Part shown: in pieces, positions 1-8,889 of the stretch
Layout of the letters: the number at the start of each line of letters is the position of its first letter
How positions within the stretch are numbered: the first letter of the stretch is position 1
Assembly: GCA_014237605.1 (NCBI GenBank)
Contig: JAAZZR010000001.1
Span: 8,156-72,155, forward strand
Reading direction: 5' to 3'
DNA length: 64,000 bases
DNA from: Nitrosomonadaceae bacterium
GTDB taxonomy: Bacteria > Pseudomonadota > Gammaproteobacteria > Burkholderiales > Nitrosomonadaceae
The notes under the pieces: generated by a model
Told to the model about the DNA's origin: nothing
The model's input: the letters and a program-made list of their open reading frames with translations, nothing else
The model's database searches: none
Position numbers and translations under genes: made by a program

Positions 1-546
1 ATCTGTCAATCCTTTACGAGGAAGGATCATGATAGCGCCATTCATTCCAGAAATGGTATGGAAAGGAATCATGGTTCCGCCCGGAGCACAATGGTAGACA
101 AATACGCCTGCTTTCTGTGCTTGCCAAGTTAGAACAACTTCTTCACCAGGAGCTACCTTATCTTTCATTGCGCCACCTAATGCACCGGTTGCAGCATGAA
201 AATCTAAGTTATGTGACATTGAGTTGCTTTTTGGGTTAACTAGAGTCATTTCAACCCAGTCACCTTCGTGTGCAACAATCATAGGAGCTGGTACTGAACC
301 GTTGAATGTTAATGCCCAATAGCTTGTATTGGCATCAGCTTTCATTAGTTTTTCTTCAACTACTAAACGAATAGCAACAACCTTAGGTTTTCCTTTAGCT
401 ACCTGATTATGTTTAGGTAGGAATGGTGGAGCAACTAAATCTTGTACTACACGAGGTGTTCCTGCAGGGGCATTAGCCATAACCTGAGTTGCTCCAAAGC
501 AAAGGAGACTCACGCCTACAAGTGATTTAAGTAATGCTTTATTCAT
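1..546 (-). CDS. nirK: Copper-containing nitrite reductase NirK, N-terminal 182 codons. The gene runs off the 5' edge of the window and is absent from the supplied ORF track.
   Basis: Hand translation of the minus strand from ATG at 546-544 gives MNKALLKSLVGVSLLCFGATQVMA (signal peptide), then SMSHNLDFHAATGALGG and VFVYHCAPGGTMIPFHTISGMNGAIMILPRKG. These are the His/Cys/His/Met copper-ligand motifs of NirK. A GGAG RBS lies just upstream. 546 nt equals exactly 182 codons in frame to position 1. Confidence 0.9.
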   Translation of the reverse strand, partial: MNKALLKSLVGVSLLCFGATQVMANAPAGTPRVVQDLVAPPFLPKHNQVAKGKPKVVAIRLVVEEKLMKADANTSYWALTFNGSVPAPMIVAHEGDWVEMTLVNPKSNSMSHNLDFHAATGALGGAMKDKVAPGEEVVLTWQAQKAGVFVYHCAPGGTMIPFHTISGMNGAIMILPRKGLTD

Positions 547-591
547 AATTTCTCCAAAAAAAAGTTTGGTAAATACTTCCGTCTTTGCTAC

Positions 592-607
592 TTATAAGGC
601 CTTATAG
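592..607. promoter_or_regulatory. Near-perfect 16-bp palindrome TTATAAGG/CCTTATAG upstream of nirK (candidate operator)
   Basis: The arms match at 7 of 8 positions. The site lies 46-61 nt upstream of the nirK ATG. No known consensus was recognised. Confidence 0.2.
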
Positions 608-714
608 CTTCAGGGGGCTCGTTCTTGTTCTAAGCTAAAAAACTGGCTACCAAAAGTAAATTTAAAAGAAGCAAAGCGTAATATACCTATTCAAACTATG
701 TTTGTCTAGAAAAA

Positions 715-729
715 GCGACATTTTGTCGC
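715..729 (-). terminator. Weak hairpin plus T-run downstream of the yciA-like gene
   Basis: The minus strand reads GCGAC-AAAAT-GTCGC followed by TTTTTC. The stem is only 5 bp. Confidence 0.3.
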
Positions 730-842
730 ACCCGCCAAATATTGCTTTAATTATGAGACGTGAGTATGGGTATAAAGTTCATCCTGCATCAAATTTTTTG
801 CCCCCGATTCTAAGCTTTGTTCTGTTTGATTCGGTTCTTATA

Positions 843-1259
843 TTATTCCTGCGGCACTATCCGAGGCCTGCGTTCTTCATCTACTGCCACATAAGTTAGT
901 ACTGCTTCGGTTACCTTAATACATATTTCTTTATTTCCTTCGCGAGGTCCCCGTTGCGCGTACACGGCAACATCTATAGTAATTGAAGTGCGTCCTATTT
1001 TAGTAATTTCAGTATAGAAACTGACAAGGTCACCGATAAACACCGGTTGTTTAAATACAAAATTATTTACTGCAACTGTGGCTACCCGCCCACCTGTACG
1101 GCGGATTGCTAAAATACTACCGGCTATGTCAACCTGAGACATTATCCAACCGCCGAATACATCTCCTGCATGATTAGTGTCTGTTGGCATGGGAACTATC
1201 CTCAGCGTTGGATCACAGCCTTTTGGTAATGAAGTATAAATTTCCTTGTTATTATTCAT
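843..1259 (-). CDS. yciA: Acyl-CoA thioesterase, YciA-like hotdog fold
   Basis: 138-aa ORF. RIVPMPTDTNHAGDVFGGWIMSQVDIAGSILA parallels E. coli YciA (LAMPADTNANGDIFGGWLMSQMDIGGAILA). Confidence 0.85.
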   Translation of the reverse strand: MNNNKEIYTSLPKGCDPTLRIVPMPTDTNHAGDVFGGWIMSQVDIAGSILAIRRTGGRVATVAVNNFVFKQPVFIGDLVSFYTEITKIGRTSITIDVAVYAQRGPREGNKEICIKVTEAVLTYVAVDEERRPRIVPQE

Positions 1260-1306
1260 TTTAGTTATACCTTATCGTTACTGGTCAGGCAGTAGTAATC
1301 TATATT

Positions 1307-3109
1307 CTAGTGTCCTTTATAAAGTTTACTTACCGTGGCCTGATAATGATCTAAAACCTTTGTTCGTTTAAGTTTCAGGGTGGGAGTTAGCATACCATTC
1401 TCAACGGTCCATGGTTCCAGCGCCAGCGCTACGCGGCGTATTTTGGCATAACCTGGGAACTCTCGTATCTGTACTGTAATTCGTTCTAGAAGAATTTTTT
1501 CTAGTTTTTTGTTATGTACCGAGCGGCCTACTTTTAGATCAAGGTTATGCTGACGCGATATTTTCTCCCAGCAGTCAGGATTTATAACCACCAATACACT
1601 AAGATACGGGTGTCCCTCGCCGATTAATATTACTTGTTCAAATAAACGGTCACGTAAAATTGCCGCCTCCATATCGGCCGGCGGAATTTTTTCACCAGTT
1701 GACATGACAATAATTTCTTTCAGGCGTCCGGTTATCGTTATTATTTCGCCATCGATACGGGCCATATCACCAGAGTTGAGCCACCCGTCTGGGGCAAGAG
1801 TTGCTGCAGTAGCTTCAGGATTATTCCAGTAACCCAGCATAACGTTTGGGCCATGAATCAGGAGGGTATTATTTTCATCGAGTTTTACTGCTACCCCAGG
1901 AATAGCACGGCCTACGCTTGATGGCACATTATTATTTATACTATTAACGCAGGCTACCGGGCTACATTCAGTCATGCCATAGCCTTGTAGGATTGGTAAT
2001 CCAAGACCAATAAACATACGTGAAACCTCAATTGACAACGGAGCACCCCCTCCCATGGCAAGTCGTAGCCGGCCGCCCAGTTTGCCCATTACTTCTTTTG
2101 CCACCAGTAAATTTAGAAGGGGCCATAGCAGGTGAGATATTTTCTTAGGCCCTCTCTGTTGCTGACATTCAAAGCGACTGTATCCCACTTCAACAGCATA
2201 ATTAAAGATAAAGCGGCTGAGCGCTGATTTCTTTTCTAGCTTGGCATGAATTGCAGCATAAACCCGGTCATAAATTCGTGGGACCGACATAAGAATTGAG
2301 GGGCGAATGTTTACCAGGTCTTCTTGTAATTGTTGTATTGAGCGCGCATAAGCAACTGTAGCCCCAGCCATTACAGGAAGGTAATAACCTACTGTTCGTT
2401 CAAATGCGTGAGAAAGTGGTAGGAAAGAGAGGAAAAGATCATCCTGAGAGACCGATACAATTTGTAAGCAGCTATTTGCATTGGTTAGTAGATTATGATG
2501 GCTAAGCATTACCCCCTTAGGGCGACCTGAAGTTCCGGAGGTGTACATAATTGTAGCAAGATCATTTGGTTCATGGTTTGCGTGCTGTACTTTTCCAGCT
2601 TCTTTCGGTAGCCAGTCACAGAGTGTGTTCAAATCAGCATTCACCGCATCTTTGGTAAGATCTTCAAATGGATTAATCGTTATGATTCTAAACAGATTGC
2701 TCATTTGGGAACGCAGTTCTTTTAATGGTTGCCACTGTTTCTGGTCTTCAAGTAGCAATAGTCTGGCACCAGAGTCGTCTAAAATATATGCTGCATTCTC
2801 AGCTCGATCATCTGTATAAAGAGGCACAACTACAAGCCCTAACCCCAGTGCAGCTTGGTCAAATATTACCCATTCTGGACAATTTCTTGACATTATTGCT
2901 ACACGATCACCGGTTACTAAGCCCTCTTTAGTCAAGGCAGTCTGCCAGCGCGCCACCTCTCTATCTACCTGTTCCCAAGTATGATCATGCCAATTCCTGG
3001 CAACTTGATCATAACTACGATAGGCTACCATCTGGGGTGAACGGCGTACCCGCTCACTGAATAACCCGTCCAGTGTTTTTGCTACTTCTGTTGGAATTAT
3101 ATTTTCCAT
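1307..3109 (-). CDS. Long-chain acyl-CoA synthetase (AMP-forming ligase family)
   Basis: 600-aa ORF with the AMP-binding signature MYTSGTSGRPKGVMLSHHNL, then QGYGMTE, and C-terminal LTPTLKLKR. Confidence 0.85.
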   Translation of the reverse strand: MENIIPTEVAKTLDGLFSERVRRSPQMVAYRSYDQVARNWHDHTWEQVDREVARWQTALTKEGLVTGDRVAIMSRNCPEWVIFDQAALGLGLVVVPLYTDDRAENAAYILDDSGARLLLLEDQKQWQPLKELRSQMSNLFRIITINPFEDLTKDAVNADLNTLCDWLPKEAGKVQHANHEPNDLATIMYTSGTSGRPKGVMLSHHNLLTNANSCLQIVSVSQDDLFLSFLPLSHAFERTVGYYLPVMAGATVAYARSIQQLQEDLVNIRPSILMSVPRIYDRVYAAIHAKLEKKSALSRFIFNYAVEVGYSRFECQQQRGPKKISHLLWPLLNLLVAKEVMGKLGGRLRLAMGGGAPLSIEVSRMFIGLGLPILQGYGMTECSPVACVNSINNNVPSSVGRAIPGVAVKLDENNTLLIHGPNVMLGYWNNPEATAATLAPDGWLNSGDMARIDGEIITITGRLKEIIVMSTGEKIPPADMEAAILRDRLFEQVILIGEGHPYLSVLVVINPDCWEKISRQHNLDLKVGRSVHNKKLEKILLERITVQIREFPGYAKIRRVALALEPWTVENGMLTPTLKLKRTKVLDHYQATVSKLYKGH

Positions 3110-3132
3110 GTTTGTTTGACTGGTCTGTAAAT

Positions 3133-4158
3133 TTAATCCGAACTGGATTTGTGATTTTTATCTTCAAATCCTTTTTCTTGTAAGAACTCTAAAATCAGTT
3201 TTGGTAAATTTTCTGCAAAACAATTAAATTCTTTAGATTCCTGCATTGACCGGAGCCAGGTAAGTTGTCTTTTTGCTAGCTGGCGCGTGGCAGCAAGGCC
3301 CATCTCGTGCATTTCGGTCAGGCTAATTTTATTGTCTAGATACATACACGCCTGTCGATAGCCTACACATCGCATTGAAGTAGCCTCAGCATCGAGACCA
3401 AATTTATTCCGTATGGCACGAACTTCATTGATTAGCCCTAGTTTTACCATTTTCTCGAAACGGAAGGCAATGTGTTTATGAAGGGTGATACGATCATCAG
3501 GGATCAGGGCAATACTACTTACATGATAAGGAAGATATGCATGCCTTGGTTTTTTCAGTAACTCGGACATAGGTTCGTCAGTAAGATAATATACTTCCAA
3601 TGCACGTTGAATGCGTTGACTGTCAGTAGGTTTGATACGTGTTGCAATGATTGGGTCAAATTGTTGTAATTTTTTGTGCATTTCTAGCCATCCAATATTT
3701 TTAGCCTTGTTTTCAATTGCCATACGCACGCCGCTGTCAGCGGGTGGAAGTTCAGACATGCCCTCCAGTAATGCTCGGAAATAAAGCATAGTGCCCCCAA
3801 CTAGCAGTGGGATCTTCCCCCGCCCAGTAATTTCTTTCATCACAATTAGAGCGTCTTCTCTGAACTGCGCAGCAGAATAGCGTTCATATGGTTCAATCAG
3901 ATTGATAAGGTGATGTGGTATTGATGCCATTGTTTCTGCACTTGGTTTGGCGGTCCCAATATCCATATGTCGGTATACTTGAGCAGAATCCACGCTAATT
4001 ATTTCTACAGATAGATGCTTAGCAATTTCTAATGCAATATTACTTTTTCCGCTTGCAGTGGGGCCCATCAAAAAAATAGCAGGCGGGTGGCTCAGAGCGC
4101 CCTTATCTTTTTGTGCTGATGCGGAATTTTTTTTGGATAATGAAGCAGTCAATTTCAC
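3133..4158 (-). CDS. miaA: tRNA dimethylallyltransferase
   Basis: P-loop FLMGPTASGKS followed by IISVDSAQVYRHMDIGTAKPS. GTG start at 4158. Confidence 0.9.
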   Translation of the reverse strand: MKLTASLSKKNSASAQKDKGALSHPPAIFLMGPTASGKSNIALEIAKHLSVEIISVDSAQVYRHMDIGTAKPSAETMASIPHHLINLIEPYERYSAAQFREDALIVMKEITGRGKIPLLVGGTMLYFRALLEGMSELPPADSGVRMAIENKAKNIGWLEMHKKLQQFDPIIATRIKPTDSQRIQRALEVYYLTDEPMSELLKKPRHAYLPYHVSSIALIPDDRITLHKHIAFRFEKMVKLGLINEVRAIRNKFGLDAEATSMRCVGYRQACMYLDNKISLTEMHEMGLAATRQLAKRQLTWLRSMQESKEFNCFAENLPKLILEFLQEKGFEDKNHKSSSD

Positions 4159-4524
4159 ATTTATTGCAGAAATCTATTTTTTAAATAAAGATTAAAATTC
4201 AACAAACGGGCTATAAATACACAGTAGTTCTTAATTTCTGCCATCAGAAGAATTGTTTTTTAACGATTATGATTTCTGTGGCGCGCTATAAGAGAGAGTA
4301 TATTTATATGGGTAAGCTCGCGTGTAAGGTGCCCGTAGCTCAGGAATAATTTTATCCGAACTGCTAAGGTCTGATAAATATCTTTTAGATAGCATAGGCG
4401 AGAATAAGTATGGGTTTTCCCTACCAAGCTTTGTACGCCAGAAATTGGGATTAAACGCTATATTCAATTACATGGCAAGTAATGGTCATTTCAGTTAAAA
4501 TTCAGGCCAAACTAATTACTTGTG

Positions 4525-4558
4525 TTGTATAATATACAATCATGCAACTTAGTTGCAT
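4525..4558. promoter_or_regulatory. Two adjacent perfect palindromes, TTGTATA-a-TATACAA (4525-4539) and ATGCAACT-t-AGTTGCAT (4542-4558). The first contains a TATAAT box (4528-4533). Candidate promoter/operator of the DAHP synthase gene.
   Basis: Read directly from the sequence. The elements lie 32-65 nt upstream of the ATG at 4590. No -35 element was convincingly seen. Confidence 0.3.
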
Positions 4559-4589
4559 TTACTCATATAACTAATTTACGACAAATTCT

Positions 4590-5708
4590 ATGATCCTTAT
4601 CTTGAATCCTGATGCTTGTTCGACCAAACCTGATTATAAGCAGCTAATGGAGCATCTTGCTAGCCTTCCCGGTATTTCTATCCGCATACATGCTGAAGCT
4701 GGTGTTGAACAGACGCTAACAGAAGTATATTTGATTGGCGATACCAAATCACTACCTTTAGAAGACATGCAAAGTTTACCTTGTGTAGACAGGGTAGTGC
4801 GGATCTCCGAGGAGTATCGAGTTCTCGGGCGGCACAAAAACGATGATCGCCCTACTCATTTTGATTATAACGGAGTACGTTTTGGGCAAGATACATTAAA
4901 TATATTTGCAGGATTGTGCGCAGTTGATACGCCGGAACATGTAGAGTTAATGATGAAAGCGTTGAGAGATAACGGTTTAAACTGTACAAGAATGGGCGCC
5001 TATAAGCCCCGTACCAGTCCATACTCCTTTCAGGGGCATGGCAAGGCATGCTTACCTTATGTATTTGATTTAGCAGGTAAATATGGAATAAAAGTTATTG
5101 CTATGGAGGTCACGCATGAATCTCATGTTGATGAAATCCATGAAGCGCTGGCGCAGGCTGGTAATCCTACGGGGGTAATGTTACAGATCGGCACTCGAAA
5201 CACACAGAATTTTGAATTATTGAAAATTGTCGGGCGCCAGCAGGATTTTCCGGTACTTATCAAACGTGGTTTTGGCATTACGTTAGATGAATCACTAAAT
5301 GCTGCAGAATATTTGGCATCTGAGGGAAATAGCAGGGTGGTGTTTGGTCTTCGGGGGATGAAGACCACCGGCGCTGATCCTCATCGTAATTTTGTAGATT
5401 TTGCCCATGTGCCTGTAGTGAAGCGTCTAACACGTATGCCAGTTTGTATTGATCCTTCGCATTCGGTCGGTGCCCGCACCTGCTCTCCAGAAGGTATACT
5501 GGATATTATGCAGGCTACTGCTCAGGGTGTAATTGCCGGTGCAAATATGATTTTAGTGGACTTTCACCCAGTACCAAGCAAAGCTTTGGTAGACGGACCA
5601 CAAGCATTGAAAATGAATGAGTTGTCACATTTTCTGGAAGACATTTCCATTGCCCGCGAAGCTTATGTACAGCGTACAGCCTTAGCTGAAAGATACCCAG
5701 ATGAATAA
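4590..5708 (+). CDS. 3-deoxy-7-phosphoheptulonate (DAHP) synthase, class I-beta (Thermotoga type) with an N-terminal ferredoxin-like regulatory domain
   Basis: 372-aa ORF. GLCAVD, GAYKPRTSPYSFQGHG, QIGTRNTQNF, LIKRGF and IDPSHS match the Thermotoga maritima-type enzyme as I recall it. About 95 N-terminal residues precede the TIM barrel. Confidence 0.85.
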   Translation: MILILNPDACSTKPDYKQLMEHLASLPGISIRIHAEAGVEQTLTEVYLIGDTKSLPLEDMQSLPCVDRVVRISEEYRVLGRHKNDDRPTHFDYNGVRFGQDTLNIFAGLCAVDTPEHVELMMKALRDNGLNCTRMGAYKPRTSPYSFQGHGKACLPYVFDLAGKYGIKVIAMEVTHESHVDEIHEALAQAGNPTGVMLQIGTRNTQNFELLKIVGRQQDFPVLIKRGFGITLDESLNAAEYLASEGNSRVVFGLRGMKTTGADPHRNFVDFAHVPVVKRLTRMPVCIDPSHSVGARTCSPEGILDIMQATAQGVIAGANMILVDFHPVPSKALVDGPQALKMNELSHFLEDISIAREAYVQRTALAERYPDE

Positions 5709-5819
5709 GTATTCGCTATGAAGAGCGAATATTTGCAGCGAAACCGCTGAGCAGATTGTCAGAGAAAGTCTGTTTTCATTTGTCTAAAATGTAGAGTGTT
5801 CTAAGCGGGGAATAATTTT

Positions 5820-6923
5820 TTGGCAGATGACATTGTTGTTATAGGTGGAGGGGTAATCGGGCTTACCGTGGCGAATGAGTTTTTGCGGTTGGGCGCGAAA
5901 GTACGGATTTTAGAACGAAATTGCTGCGGGAAAGAGTCTTCTTGGGCAGGTGGCGGCATACTTTCGCCATTGTTGCCATGGGATTATCCTGCCCCAGTGA
6001 CAGAATTAACACAATTTAGTAATCGATTATTACCGGGCTTGACTGAAGCTCTCCAACAAGAAACAGGGATTGATCCAGAATACCGGGCTTGTGGCATGCT
6101 TGCTCTTCCTGATATGAATAATAAGGAAGGTGCCAAATTTATCGGGGCTAAGGGTTGGTGTGCACGCAACACTTTTCCTATGAAGGAGGTGTATCCGAAT
6201 GAAGCTTCTCCAAGGCTCACGTTTGGTGAATTTGCAGATAAATCAGCATTATGGCTCCCCTCAGTTGCACAAGTGCGTAGCCCCAGATTATTACAGGCGC
6301 TGAAAATCTCAGTAGAGTTATCTGGCGGCTCTATCATAGAGCATACTAAAGTTACAGGTTGGCGCATGAATCAAGGCCGGGTCGAGTCCGTTATTACCGA
6401 CCAGGGAGAATACTCTGGCACGAATTATATTGTTGCAGCTGGAGCGTGGAGCCGTGAAGTACTTGATAAATATGCTTCAAAAATTAACATTTATCCTGTG
6501 CGGGGGCAGATGTTGCTTTTTAAAGTAGAGACTGGTTTGCTTGATACAGTTATATTTCAGAATGGGTTTTATCTGATACCGCGTCAAGACGGATATATAC
6601 TTGCAGGGAGCACTGTAGAGGATTCCGGGTTTAATAAAAATATTACTACAGATGCGCGTAAGCAATTACTTGAGAGTGCCCATAGTTTTTTACCCGAACT
6701 GACTGAAGAAACTTTAGTCGGGCACTGGGCAGGGCTTCGTCCGGGGTCTCCTGAAAATATACCCATTATTAACCGTCACCCCGTATTTGATAATCTTTAT
6801 TTAAATAGCGGCCATCACCGCTATGGTGTAACTATGGCGCTCGGGAGCGCGCATCTTTTATCAAACATGATCATGAAAAATCCTCAGCCATTTGATGTCG
6901 CCCCCTATAAGTGGCATTTATAA
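5820..6923 (+). CDS. thiO: FAD-dependent oxidoreductase, glycine oxidase ThiO-like (function tentative)
   Basis: 367-aa ORF with TTG start. N-terminal dinucleotide fold IVVIGGGVIGL and C-terminal SGHHRYGVTMA, giving a DAO-family layout. Confidence 0.6.
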   Translation: MADDIVVIGGGVIGLTVANEFLRLGAKVRILERNCCGKESSWAGGGILSPLLPWDYPAPVTELTQFSNRLLPGLTEALQQETGIDPEYRACGMLALPDMNNKEGAKFIGAKGWCARNTFPMKEVYPNEASPRLTFGEFADKSALWLPSVAQVRSPRLLQALKISVELSGGSIIEHTKVTGWRMNQGRVESVITDQGEYSGTNYIVAAGAWSREVLDKYASKINIYPVRGQMLLFKVETGLLDTVIFQNGFYLIPRQDGYILAGSTVEDSGFNKNITTDARKQLLESAHSFLPELTEETLVGHWAGLRPGSPENIPIINRHPVFDNLYLNSGHHRYGVTMALGSAHLLSNMIMKNPQPFDVAPYKWHL

Positions 6924-7015
6924 ATACTAGGAAATATTGTTTCTGATCTCCCCCGCTTTATCCACAGAGAACGGGGTGGTAATATTAACGTACTCCAACA
7001 AAAAATATAGACGTC

Positions 7016-7741
7016 ATGGCAGGACACAGTAAGTGGGCAAACATCAAGCACAAGAAGGCAGCAACAGATGCCAAACGCGGTAAGATTTTTACTCGGGCGA
7101 TTAAGGAAATAACAGTTGCTGCACGACTGGGTGGCGGTGAAATAGCAAGCAACCCGAGATTGCGCTTAGCGGTTGATAAGGCCTATGATCAAAACATGCC
7201 TAAGGCCAATGTAGAGCGGGCAATTAAACGTGGTAGCGGTGATTTGGAGGGAGTAAGTTACGAAGAAATTCGTTATGAAGGTTATGGCGTTGCAGGTGCA
7301 GCTGTAGTAGTAGATTGTATGACAGACAATCGCGTACGAACTGTTGCAGACGTACGACACGCTTTTACTAAACATAGCGGTAACCTAGGTGCTGATGGGT
7401 CGGTTCTGTTTTTATTTAAACATTGTGGTCAGCTTTTTTTTGCTCCGGGCACTAACGAAGACAAACTACTGGAGGCTGCTTTAGAAGCAGGCGCCGAGGA
7501 TGTAATCAATAATGATGACGGGAGTATTGAGGTTATTACCCCACCGTATGAATTTATAGCTATTAAAGCTGCTTTGGAGAAAGCTGAGTTCAAAGCAGAG
7601 TTAGCTGCGGTGACCATGAAATCAAGCAATGAGATTATATTAACAGGTGAAAATGCAGTAAAAATGCAAAAATTATTGGATGCCCTTGAAAATATAGATG
7701 ATGTTCAGGAAGTTTTTACCTCAGCAGTAATTGATAGTTAA
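7016..7741 (+). CDS. yebC: YebC/PmpR family DNA-binding transcriptional regulator
   Basis: [26 protein letters not shown] is the family's hallmark N-terminus. Conserved position upstream of ruvC. Confidence 0.92.
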   Translation: MAGHSKWANIKHKKAATDAKRGKIFTRAIKEITVAARLGGGEIASNPRLRLAVDKAYDQNMPKANVERAIKRGSGDLEGVSYEEIRYEGYGVAGAAVVVDCMTDNRVRTVADVRHAFTKHSGNLGADGSVLFLFKHCGQLFFAPGTNEDKLLEAALEAGAEDVINNDDGSIEVITPPYEFIAIKAALEKAEFKAELAAVTMKSSNEIILTGENAVKMQKLLDALENIDDVQEVFTSAVIDS

Positions 7742-7763
7742 TTTATTATCTGATAGGTGACAT

Positions 7764-8282
7764 ATTCGCATTCTAGGTATTGACCCAGGCTTGCGCATAA
7801 CTGGTTTTGGGGTCATCGATATAGCTGGCAAAAAATTAACTTATGTCAGCAGTGGTCGCATCAAAACTTTAGATGCCGAGCTACCATTACGTCTAAAATC
7901 AATCATGAATAATCTCAATGAAGTTATTGCGCAACATCATCCTGATCAGGTTGCAGTGGAGCAGGTATTCGTTAACATTAATCCAAAATCAACACTGATG
8001 CTCGGGCAGGCGCGAGGTGCAGCAATTTGTGCGGCTGCATTAAATGATCTTTTTGTTGCAGAATATACTGCACTGCAAATCAAACAGGCAGTTGTCGGTA
8101 ACGGTCATGCAAAGAAAGAGCAGGTTCAGGAAATGGTGAGTCGTTTATTAGGACTTTCTTCTAGGCCGGGTTCGGATGCGGCGGATGCGCTTGCTTGTGC
8201 TATTTGTCATGCTCATGGTGGTTTGGGCTTGGGTAACACATCAACCCAAGGGTACAGTATGAAACGCGGAAGACTGGCATGA
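7764..8282 (+). CDS. ruvC: Holliday junction resolvase RuvC, with the start extended to a non-canonical ATT codon
   Basis: The track starts at TTG 7791 ([10 protein letters not shown]...). The in-frame upstream codons 7764-7790 read I-R-I-L-G-I-D-P-G, which is the conserved RuvC N-terminus with the first catalytic Asp. An in-frame TGA lies at 7758-7760. No ATG, GTG or TTG exists between that stop and 7791. AGGTGA RBS at 7755-7760. Confidence 0.8.
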   Translation: MRILGIDPGLRITGFGVIDIAGKKLTYVSSGRIKTLDAELPLRLKSIMNNLNEVIAQHHPDQVAVEQVFVNINPKSTLMLGQARGAAICAAALNDLFVAEYTALQIKQAVVGNGHAKKEQVQEMVSRLLGLSSRPGSDAADALACAICHAHGGLGLGNTSTQGYSMKRGRLA

Positions 8283-8863
8283 TTGGAAGATTAACGGGTA
8301 CATTATTAGAGAAACAGCCACCTTTAGTGCTTCTTGACGTGCAGGGCGTGGGATATGAAGTTAATGTTCCGATGAGTACATTCTATACCCTGCCAGATAC
8401 TGGAGAGGTAATTATTCTTCATACTTATCTTGTGGTGCGGGAAGATGTGCATTTGTTGTTTGGCTTTGCAACTGATACTGAACGACAGGTCTTTCGTCAA
8501 CTTGTAAAAATTTCCGGTGTGGGAGCAAGAACTGCATTAGCAGTATTGTCAGGTTTGAGCGTCTCTGATTTATACCAGGCGGTGGTAGATCAGGATAGCA
8601 GGCAGATCATTCAGGTTCCAGGAATTGGCAAAAAAACTGCTGAGCGTTTGCTGTTGGAATTGCGGGACAAGCTTAGTTCTGACATGATTGGTACTGATGG
8701 TCATGCATCCTCTTCAAAAGTAAATAATGACGTGCTCAATGCCTTGTTAGCATTGGGTTATAATGAGCGCGAGGCTAGTTGGGCAATTAAAAAACTGTCT
8801 CTAGATATTAGTGTATCTGAAGGGATACGAGAGGCTCTTAAATTTCTTTCAAAGGAAAGATAG
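8279..8863 (+). CDS. ruvA: Holliday junction branch migration complex subunit RuvA
   Basis: [28 protein letters not shown] and the HhH motif [20 protein letters not shown] overlap with the ruvC stop. Confidence 0.95.
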   Translation: MIGRLTGTLLEKQPPLVLLDVQGVGYEVNVPMSTFYTLPDTGEVIILHTYLVVREDVHLLFGFATDTERQVFRQLVKISGVGARTALAVLSGLSVSDLYQAVVDQDSRQIIQVPGIGKKTAERLLLELRDKLSSDMIGTDGHASSSKVNNDVLNALLALGYNEREASWAIKKLSLDISVSEGIREALKFLSKER

Positions 8864-8889
8864 TGTGAATATTCATTCTATACAGTTGA

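Noticed and set aside
4331-4344. GCCCGTAGCTCAGG, resembling a tRNA acceptor/D-arm
   Set aside because: No matching D-stem closure, anticodon arm, T-arm (GGTTCGAATCC-like) or acceptor 3' strand follows. It is not a tRNA, and at most a chance match.
4267-4467. 66-aa minus-strand ORF in the miaA-DAHP synthase spacer
   Set aside because: It has a TTG start without an RBS and no recognisable motif. It sits in a divergent promoter region. It is probably non-coding.
5709-5819. Possible TPP riboswitch upstream of the thiO-like gene
   Set aside because: The spacer is only about 110 nt and lacks the conserved CUGAGA and ACCUGAUCUGGAUAAUGCCAGCG blocks. It contains only a small TATTCGC/GCGAATA hairpin, which is probably the DAHP synthase terminator.
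6958-6966. Perfect DnaA box TTATCCACA between thiO and yebC (origin of replication?)
   Set aside because: It is a single isolated 9-mer with no cluster of boxes, no AT-rich 13-mers and no dnaA, dnaN or gidA context. At most it is a lone regulatory site, or chance.
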